Shown here in pieces: positions 15,846 to 22,194 of a stretch of 64,000 nt of DNA. Each line of letters opens with the position of its first letter. The stretch's first letter is position 1. The translations under genes and the position numbers were made by a program. This DNA is from a virus (Duplodnaviria; Heunggongvirae; Uroviricota; Caudoviricetes). Where the stretch lies: positions 1 to 64,000 of the IMG/VR virus record IMGVR_UViG_2857349434_000001; one strand, written 5' to 3'. The notes below the pieces were generated by a model. The model had not been told where the DNA came from. It worked only from the letters and a program-made list of their open reading frames with translations, and made no database searches.

Positions 15846-17324
15846 TTAGGCTGCGAGCCGATCGGGCGCGGTGGTGGAGGTCTGGGCGATCTCAACGTCC
15901 TCGTCGCGGAGGAAGTCGCGGAGATCCGGGAAGGACTCGGTGCTGATGTAGCGACCGTCGCTCAGGCGGATGCGGCGGGACATGTCGAGGTCCCACTTGT
16001 CCGAGTAAGCACAGTGGAAGCCTTCGCGGCGAGCATAGTGTATTGAGACAGACTCGTCGTCGACCGTCTCAACTATATCCTCGTTGGCGACGTACTCATC
16101 CTCGTATTCACAGTATGTGAAGTGCTCGGATGCATACGACTGGCAGTATTCCTCGTCTCCTACAGTAACGCGATGGTCATTACTGTAGACTTCGCCGGTT
16201 CCGTCACAGCGGAAGTAGTTACGGTCAAAGCAACGATCGCAGATACTGGCGCCGTTCGCAGTGATGTAACCTTCCTCGTCGCTGTCGTAGTCACGGGCGC
16301 AGTCGTCGCATTCCGTGTCTTCGTCGTCGTAGCTCAACCCGTTGGTGTTGCGCAGGTTGACGCTGCCCGAGTAGGACAGAACTAGGTAGGTGCCGTCGTC
16401 CTCCGCCTCGTCGGCCACGTCGCAATAAGGCACAACAAAGCCCCGGCCGTATTCGATGCGCTGGATGCGGGCGCTGTGGAAGTCTGAGGCGTAGCCTTCC
16501 TTGTAGCCGGCGTTGATCAGGGCCGCTTCGAGGCGCGGGCCGTCGCCGTACCATTTGGCGTAGTAGAGCTTGCGCTCGGGCCACACCAGGCACCGCGCGT
16601 CGATGTTGTCGATCGGGCCGATATAGGCGATGCCGAGATCAGGGCCGGCGTAGACGCGGGCCGGGTGGCAGGACCCAGACCAGCCGCCCTGGCCGAAGTG
16701 CATGCAGGAACCCAGATAGGCGCCGCGGTAGATCTGCACGATCTCATCCGCGTCCTGGGTGATGTGGACCTCGCGGACGGCATAGTAGGTCGACCACTCG
16801 AGCGCGGCCTCGTGGATCTCCTCCTCGCTCAGCACATCGGCGAAGAACTTCTTCAGGTATTTGCCGGGCTTGATGGGCGTGCGGATGTCGCGGGCACGCT
16901 TCTCGGGCGTCTGGAAGTAGGCGAGCAGACCCTTGGTGGTTTCGCTCGGCGCCGGGAAGTGCTCGATCCAGCGCATGACGTTGTCGCGGAACCAGCGGTG
17001 CTTGTACCAGGGCAGATCGTCGATGCTGGTGATGTAGCGGTTGCGGAGCTCCGGGTGGTAATCGTGCGGCCGGACGGACAGCATGTGGATATGGCTGTTT
17101 GGCCAGGAGCGCGTGGCGACCTCGGGCTTGAGGTTGGAGGCGTAGTCGTAGACCAGGGACCAGGACTTGTCGGCATGGACGATCAGGGCGATCGCATACA
17201 TGTCGAAGTCGAAGTCCAGGCGCAGACCCTCGGTCTCGACGGTGCGGGTGACCCGCGGCTGAATTTCGGTGATGGCGGGCGCAGGTTCTCGCGGGCGCAC
17301 CACCTCCTTGGTGATCTCGTCCAT
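15846..17324 (-). CDS. large hypothetical protein (493 aa) with an acidic CxxC-rich C-terminal region
   Basis: Trimmed to Met25, because the track N-extension would run through the terminator; TECDDC...CDRC..C..C motifs suggest a zinc ribbon; no family recognised. Confidence 0.55.
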   Translation of the reverse strand: MDEITKEVVRPREPAPAITEIQPRVTRTVETEGLRLDFDFDMYAIALIVHADKSWSLVYDYASNLKPEVATRSWPNSHIHMLSVRPHDYHPELRNRYITSIDDLPWYKHRWFRDNVMRWIEHFPAPSETTKGLLAYFQTPEKRARDIRTPIKPGKYLKKFFADVLSEEEIHEAALEWSTYYAVREVHITQDADEIVQIYRGAYLGSCMHFGQGGWSGSCHPARVYAGPDLGIAYIGPIDNIDARCLVWPERKLYYAKWYGDGPRLEAALINAGYKEGYASDFHSARIQRIEYGRGFVVPYCDVADEAEDDGTYLVLSYSGSVNLRNTNGLSYDDEDTECDDCARDYDSDEEGYITANGASICDRCFDRNYFRCDGTGEVYSNDHRVTVGDEEYCQSYASEHFTYCEYEDEYVANEDIVETVDDESVSIHYARREGFHCAYSDKWDLDMSRRIRLSDGRYISTESFPDLRDFLRDEDVEIAQTSTTAPDRLAA

Positions 17325-17351
17325 TTCGCTCTCCAGTGGTGGGGGTGGGAA

Positions 17352-17395
17352 ACAAAAAGGCCCTCGCCGGTGGGCGAGGGCCTTGGGGTGCTTCA
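17352..17395 (-). terminator. rho-independent terminator (minus strand)
   Basis: Minus-strand transcript AAGGCCCUCGCC-CACC-GGCGAGGGCC followed by UUUUUGUUU. Confidence 0.6.
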
Positions 17396-17690
17396 CTCAC
17401 GCAGAAGCTGCTCGGTCTCCATTCAGGCTGGAGACGACACCCGCGTTTAAGGTCGGCGAAGACCCGCGTCAGCGAGGATTAAGGGCTCACCCAGGGGTGG
17501 CCCTAGCGGTCATAGGAATGACTGGTGGTTCCGGTGCGCCATATGCAGCCCGGATGGGCGAGGGATCAGATGGGGGCGCTATGTCTTGCCCTTAGTGGGC
17601 TCAGATGGTGTGGTGCCTGGGCTTGGTTACAACGTCACGGTCATGGTTGCCTCCTGCGTTGGCTCCAGGGTGGGGAGCTGTGGGATCGAA

Positions 17691-17999
17691 CTAGAGAAGG
17701 GCGATGTGCGCCACGAGGTGCGTGGGCGGCGTGGTGCTGAGGTCGGTGAACCCGCACCAGTATTCGTTGCCGACCCTGACGAAGGTCGCGGCGATGTCGC
17801 CGGTCAGGCGCTCCGACATGCGGAAGCCTCCGGCGCAGTAGCGCGGCGGCAGGAGATCCTCGAACTCACGATAGGTCTCGTGGTCGATCTTCCAGAACTT
17901 GCCGAGCATCGAGGCCGGTGTGGTGCCGGTGCGCTGCCAGAGGTTGAGGTTCCGGTAGTGCTGATCCCGGTCACCCTGGGCGCTAGGTAGCTGTTGCAT
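17691..17999 (-). CDS. hypothetical protein (102 aa)
   Basis: Track ORF; reasonable composition. Confidence 0.5.
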   Translation of the reverse strand: MQQLPSAQGDRDQHYRNLNLWQRTGTTPASMLGKFWKIDHETYREFEDLLPPRYCAGGFRMSERLTGDIAATFVRVGNEYWCGFTDLSTTPPTHLVAHIALL

Positions 18000-18216
18000 T
18001 GGGGCGGTCCCATGTGAGGTCGAAGACGTTGACGAAATATTCGGTCCCCTGATCGGGGTGACCTTCGGGGTGGACGTAGACGCGGTTCCTGCCGTTCTTC
18101 GCCCATCCGGTGACGATGTAGGGCTCGCCGCGGAATGAGATGACCTTGTCGCCTACGCGGACAAGTCGGCCGTCCGGGTGGAAAAGGTGGCGGTTAAGGC
18201 TCTGGGTGCGATCCAT
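17983..18216 (-). CDS. hypothetical protein (77 aa)
   Basis: Trimmed to Met28. Confidence 0.45.
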   Translation of the reverse strand: MDRTQSLNRHLFHPDGRLVRVGDKVISFRGEPYIVTGWAKNGRNRVYVHPEGHPDQGTEYFVNVFDLTWDRPNATAT

Positions 18217-18611
18217 TGATCGAAAGTCCTCTGTGCGTCTTCGTTGGTCATGCGTCCGTCCAGCGTGCGGATGTCGGCCATGAGTGGGGCCAGGCACCAG
18301 TCGCAGTCCTCCTCCAGCAGGAAGAACTCGAAGTCCTCCCGGTTGCAGAGTTGGGCATGCGTCACTTTGAACGAGCGACGGCGATAGGGGTGGTTGACGG
18401 CCTTGCCGTAGTCCTCGGCCTGCTCGGGGTCGACGTAGCGACGGATGCGGGCATACTCATCATGGGCGAGGCAGCGGGCGTCGATGACGAAGCCCCCGTG
18501 CGAGGAGCACGAGAAGTAGAAGGCCCCGTTGCGGTTGGTGCGGGTGGAATGGGTGCCGCCGGTGCCCCAGACGGCTTCCGCGATTGAGCGGGCTTGGGAG
18601 TGGGTGAGCAT
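18153..18611 (-). CDS. hypothetical protein (152 aa)
   Basis: Trimmed to Met36; GGAGAG RBS. Confidence 0.5.
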   Translation of the reverse strand: MLTHSQARSIAEAVWGTGGTHSTRTNRNGAFYFSCSSHGGFVIDARCLAHDEYARIRRYVDPEQAEDYGKAVNHPYRRRSFKVTHAQLCNREDFEFFLLEEDCDWCLAPLMADIRTLDGRMTNEDAQRTFDQWIAPRALTATFSTRTADLSA

Positions 18612-18766
18612 GATGCTCTCCTGAAAGGGGTGGCGGTCGTGCGGGGTGGTAAGGCCCGGGCCCGGGAGGTCAGAGGGCACGACACGACCGCCTGCGCCTC
18701 GCGGTGACCCGGGCAAGGGTCAGGGCGAGAGCGGGTTGCAGTTGCTGTTGCTGTTGCTTGGGTGGA

Positions 18767-19195
18767 CTAGGCGGTGGCGCGGCGCTTCAGGATCTCGGCC
18801 ACGATCTCGGGCCGGTAGAACTCGTTGAGCTCGTCCTCGTCCACGGTCTCCTCGGCCACCAGCATCTGGATTTCTTCCAGCTCACGGTCGTTGAACTGGA
18901 CCAGCGTGGGGTCACGGGGGTCGCGCCATGTCTGCTTGGGGGCGTCGTCGTATTTCAGCTGGCGCTCGATGATCACGCGCCAGTGGGTGGGCTCGATACA
19001 GCGGGGCTCGTAGCAGTCCGGCTTGATTGAAATGTTGTCGTGGCCCACTAAGTCCAGCAGGACTCGGGCCGGGTTGCCGACGTGGTGCATGTGGGGCTTA
19101 CCGCGGTGCATCGGACCATCCCAGATCAGGTGGGCGCCGTCGCGGTGGGAGCATTTAGCCACGCGCTCGTGAGGTGGGGTCTTCGGTCTGGCCAT
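18767..19195 (-). CDS. hypothetical Cys/His-containing protein (142 aa), weakly HNH-like
   Basis: CSHRDGAHLIWDG...H.HH...CYEPRCIEPTHW; first gene downstream of the AT-rich regulatory island. Confidence 0.45.
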   Translation of the reverse strand: MARPKTPPHERVAKCSHRDGAHLIWDGPMHRGKPHMHHVGNPARVLLDLVGHDNISIKPDCYEPRCIEPTHWRVIIERQLKYDDAPKQTWRDPRDPTLVQFNDRELEEIQMLVAEETVDEDELNEFYRPEIVAEILKRRATA

Positions 19196-19400
19196 GGGTG
19201 CTCATGTAGGCAGACGGAATAAGGCTAGCAGTAGGAGTGTCACTTCCCCAGAACAAATATTTTTAAATTACTCTAGTACTAAGTTTTGTACGTGTGTCCT
19301 GAGTTAAACTTATTCCGCTAGCCTTATTCCTCCTAATGCGATGGGGAAGAGGAAAAGAAAATAGTACTTAATATAAGGGGAAGACGCCCTAGCAAAATCA
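19196..19400. promoter_or_regulatory. AT-rich (about 38% GC) regulatory island with a 14-bp inverted repeat GGAATAAGGCTAGC (19207-19220 / 19308-19321), three GGAATAAG octamers and the motif TCCCCAGAACAA
   Basis: Read directly; sharp compositional contrast with the surroundings; lies upstream of the minus-strand operon that starts at 19195. Confidence 0.5.
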
Positions 19401-19423
19401 AGGCCTTAGTCCCAGTTCCTCAC

Positions 19424-19576
19424 CTAGTGCTTGATGTCGACGACTTCGAGCACTCTCCCGGCTGGCCGGCGAACCCTGGCCTCGTCGAGGAAACGGATGG
19501 CTTCGAGCCGGTTTCGCTCTATGGCTTCGAGCCGCTGCTCGACCTTGGCCGGCAGGTAATAGGGGTGCTGCATCAT
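19424..19576 (-). CDS. small hypothetical protein (50 aa) MMQHPYYLPAKVEQRLEAIERNRLEAIRFLDEARVRRPAGRVLEVVDIKH
   Basis: GAGGAGG RBS 6 nt upstream; preferred over the Arg/Ala-rich 117-aa track ORF 19398..19751. Confidence 0.45.
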   Translation of the reverse strand: MMQHPYYLPAKVEQRLEAIERNRLEAIRFLDEARVRRPAGRVLEVVDIKH

Positions 19577-19604
19577 GTCGGTCCTCCTCGAATTTGGGCC
19601 AAAT

Positions 19605-19617
19605 CTTACGCCGTAAG
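19605..19617. promoter_or_regulatory. 13-bp palindrome CTTACGcCGTAAG upstream of the 50-aa gene
   Basis: Read directly, about 30 nt upstream of the start codon on the minus strand. Confidence 0.4.
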
Positions 19618-19773
19618 GCTAAGAGCCCGGCGATGTGAGCGCGCGGCGAAAATTCTTGGTGGAGCGCCGAGTTGGCCCGCGCCTGCGCCACCTCCACCCC
19701 AACTCCAAACTCACTTCCACACGCTGACGCTGTACCAGCGGCTAGCCACAACCATAACTAGGCGCAGGCGCAC

Positions 19774-19980
19774 TCACTCACTGGGGACGCACACGATCTC
19801 GCGCCACCCCTTCGGGATGTGGCCCTCGGCTGCCTTCCACGCGGCCACGCAGTCGGCGCCGGCCGCCACAACCTGGCCGTCGACCACGAGCGCATAGAGC
19901 CCCTGTGGCTGCGGGTGTTGCGGCGAGATCCAGTTGACGAGCGCGGCCAGCGCGCTGCCGGCGATGGCAATGCGGATCAT
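19774..19980 (-). CDS. hypothetical protein (68 aa)
   Basis: Trimmed to Met16. Confidence 0.45.
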   Translation of the reverse strand: MIRIAIAGSALAALVNWISPQHPQPQGLYALVVDGQVVAAGADCVAAWKAAEGHIPKGWREIVCVPSE

Positions 19981-20417
19981 TGGATTTCCCCTTCGAAAAA
20001 GACACGCAGATCGGAGAGCTCGCACCCTTGCGATCGGGCGAGCTTCTCGGCTTCGACTTCACAGTGCAGGGCCGTGCCCTTCACCCGCGCCAGCACCTGG
20101 CCCGTGAGGCGATCCTCGATCAGGAACGCGGTCTCGACCCCACGCTGATCCTGCGGCGTGTACAGCCGCTTGGCGTTGCGTCGGACGGGGGCCTGGTGCT
20201 GGCGCGACGGGCGAGCGGATATGCGCTGAAGCGCCTCCCGCTCGTGAGCCGTGCATCCGCGGACGCGCTCCTTCGAGAGCGCGTTCCAGACGCGGTGCTC
20301 CGGCTCAGCCATGGAATGAGCCTGCGTAAAGCCATCCTCCCGCACGAGCACGACGTGCGCCAGACGCTGGCCAAGACGGGGTTTTTGCGTCAGGTCCGGG
20401 AGGACACGCATTCTCAT
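19977..20417 (-). CDS. hypothetical protein (146 aa)
   Basis: ATGA coupling. Confidence 0.5.
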   Translation of the reverse strand: MRMRVLPDLTQKPRLGQRLAHVVLVREDGFTQAHSMAEPEHRVWNALSKERVRGCTAHEREALQRISARPSRQHQAPVRRNAKRLYTPQDQRGVETAFLIEDRLTGQVLARVKGTALHCEVEAEKLARSQGCELSDLRVFFEGEIQ

Positions 20418-20534
20418 TCTCCATGAATTTTTTGGGCCGTAGTGGGCGCGCTAATTGATTGATTGCGCGCGCCTTATGCGCGGACGCGCATGAGGGAGGC
20501 CCGCCCCACGAGGGGGCGGGGTGGGAAGGGGCTG

Positions 20535-21260
20535 TTAGGCCGCCTTCCTCTTCGCTTCGCCCTCGGCCTTGGCCTTGGCGAGCTCTGCCGCCGGGTCGAA
20601 GTCGACCTTGCCGTCGCCCTTGGCCTCGGCGCTGGCCTTGGCGGCCATGGCCAGCTGGATGTGGCCATTCAGCCATTCGGCGAATTGCATGGCCTGCTCC
20701 AGAGTGAGCGCGCTTGCCGCGTGCTTCAGCCCGACCAGCGGATCAACCGGGTTAAGCTCGGCCTCCCGCTTGGCCTTCTCCTCGGCCTCCGCCTCGGCCT
20801 TGGCCTTCTCCTCGGCTTCCGCCTTGGCCTTGGCCTCCGCTTCGGCCTTGGCCTCCGCTTCCGCCTTGGCCTCCGCCTCATCCACAACCGGCTTCACCGG
20901 CAGGTGGCAGAGCTCTTCATAGTCCTTCATGTTGGACACTTCGAGCGCCAGCTTGTGCGCCTCCAGACATTCAGAGGCGAACTTGATGGCCTCATCCAAG
21001 TCCAAGGTCTTCGCGTGCTCCCGCTTCTCCAGCGGGAAGCCTTCCGCATAGGACTTCGTGGCGATCCGCCATGCGTTGCGGAAGGTGGAAGTCGGCGCGG
21101 CCTGTCCGAAGACCTTGGCCTCCAGCGCCTTGCGCGCCGTCGCTCCAGAGGAGCGGCCCATCGCCAGCCAGCAACAGCTGACATAGTAGCCGCCATGCGT
21201 TTTCGTTTCGAGGTCGACCATGCGGCCGACAATGCCGTTCAACGTGTAGCCCGTTGCCAT
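20535..21260 (-). CDS. hypothetical protein (241 aa) with a central EAKA low-complexity repeat linker
   Basis: Trimmed to Met38: GC3 drops sharply upstream, GGAGAG RBS, and the palindromic operators would otherwise fall inside the coding region; the AEAKAEAEAK.. block is encoded by an 18-nt tandem repeat at about 20760-20880. Confidence 0.55.
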   Translation of the reverse strand: MATGYTLNGIVGRMVDLETKTHGGYYVSCCWLAMGRSSGATARKALEAKVFGQAAPTSTFRNAWRIATKSYAEGFPLEKREHAKTLDLDEAIKFASECLEAHKLALEVSNMKDYEELCHLPVKPVVDEAEAKAEAEAKAEAEAKAKAEAEEKAKAEAEAEEKAKREAELNPVDPLVGLKHAASALTLEQAMQFAEWLNGHIQLAMAAKASAEAKGDGKVDFDPAAELAKAKAEGEAKRKAA

Positions 21261-21273
21261 TTCGCTCTCCGTT

Positions 21274-21289
21274 TTGCTCAATTGAGCAA
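21274..21289. promoter_or_regulatory. perfect 16-bp palindrome TTGCTCAATTGAGCAA (operator candidate 1)
   Basis: Read directly, 14 nt upstream of the ATG at 21260. Confidence 0.6.
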
Positions 21290-21339
21290 GTTGTTGATCA
21301 GGCGCATCTTCCCCGTCCCTTGCCCTTCCGGGCTTGGCC

Positions 21340-21355
21340 TTGCTCGATTGAGCAA
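21340..21355. promoter_or_regulatory. 16-bp near-palindrome TTGCTCGATTGAGCAA (operator candidate 2)
   Basis: Read directly; one mismatch to site 1; 50 bp between the two sites. Confidence 0.55.
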
Positions 21356-21584
21356 CTTTCGGTTCGGACATGGCTCCGCCTCGGCCTCCCGAGGGAGGCC
21401 TCGCGGGGGAGCCCCGCCATCAGCAGCAACTCACTGCCGATAACTAAGAATAACCCACCATATCCCCAGAACAATGGAAGGGGTACACGATATTCCTAGG
21501 ATTTCCTTGGCTCGACGCCGGGAATGGACCGACATATACTGCAAAAAATTTTTCGGATTTTTGAGTAATATTACTCCAAACAGA

Positions 21585-21610
21585 AAGGGCGCCCCGAAGA
21601 GCGCCCTTTC
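21585..21610 (-). terminator. rho-independent terminator (minus strand) after the gene at 21689..21916
   Basis: AAAGGGCGC-N8-GCGCCCUUU followed by UUCUGUUUGG on the minus strand; same stem family as the 2405..2437 terminator. Confidence 0.55.
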
Positions 21611-21688
21611 ATCTCGCGTCTTCTTGACCAAAACCCTAGTCCGAACCCGGGGCAGCGGTCAAACGCGTTACTATAGGATAAGTGGATT

Positions 21689-21916
21689 TTAGTTCACGGA
21701 GGCCCTCGGCGGCGAAACCAGCTCCGGCAGGATGTCCTGAACGACGCTGCTCATGGCGTGGAGGATGATCTTCCCCTCCTTCTCACCATAGTGGTCGGCC
21801 AGCAGCATGCCCGCCACCTGGAGCAGACGCGCCGCCCGGTTCTCGACGGTGACCTGATCGGCCCAGGTGCTAGTCAGCTCCTCGACCGCGTGTTGAAATT
21901 GCTGAACTGCCTGCAT
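21689..21916 (-). CDS. hypothetical protein (75 aa)
   Basis: Trimmed to Met18. Confidence 0.45.
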   Translation of the reverse strand: MQAVQQFQHAVEELTSTWADQVTVENRAARLLQVAGMLLADHYGEKEGKIILHAMSSVVQDILPELVSPPRASVN

Positions 21917-22146
21917 CAATGTGTTCCTTTCGGTATGTTGGGCATGCGGGCATGCAGATCCGCACACGTCTTTTTCATCAGCTCCATCGCCTGGTCCTGG
22001 GCCATCGTCTCCAGCAGAAACTCGGCCACCACCTGCAGGGTGACCTCGGCAATCTGCTTGATGGCCACCCCAGCCTGGCGCGCGATGTCCATGTGATCGG
22101 CCACCGCGTCCACCAGCAGATCCAGGTCGTCCTGGTGCTCACTCAT
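21916..22146 (-). CDS. hypothetical protein (76 aa)
   Basis: Trimmed to Met14. Confidence 0.45.
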   Translation of the reverse strand: MSEHQDDLDLLVDAVADHMDIARQAGVAIKQIAEVTLQVVAEFLLETMAQDQAMELMKKTCADLHARMPNIPKGTH

Positions 22147-22194
22147 AGGAGGTCCATTTCTCGTATTCCCACCACTCGTCAGCATCGACAGTTA

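Noticed and set aside
17325-17396. Track N-terminal extensions of 15846..17396, and similarly of 111..1322, 3750..4151, 6624..7058, 8687..9103 and 12194..12727
   Set aside because: The extensions are Arg/Pro/His-rich. They cross terminators or upstream genes and lack an RBS. Internal Met starts with an RBS and ATGA coupling were used instead.
17650-17695. tRNA-like GGGATCGAAC / GTTCGATCCCAC segment
   Set aside because: No complementary T-stem and no acceptor stem or cloverleaf could be built. It is probably a chance resemblance.
19398-19897. 117-aa minus-strand and 156-aa plus-strand track ORFs across the 19.4-19.9 kb region
   Set aside because: Arg/Ala/Pro-rich, low-complexity translations. 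A different minus-strand frame gives a compact 50-aa protein with a strong RBS (reported instead).
21261-21371. Upstream Met1 (MSEPKV...) start for the EAK-repeat protein
   Set aside because: GC3 is only about 50% across the 37-codon extension against well over 80% downstream. The extension would also swallow both 16-bp palindromes, and Met38 has a GGAGAG RBS.
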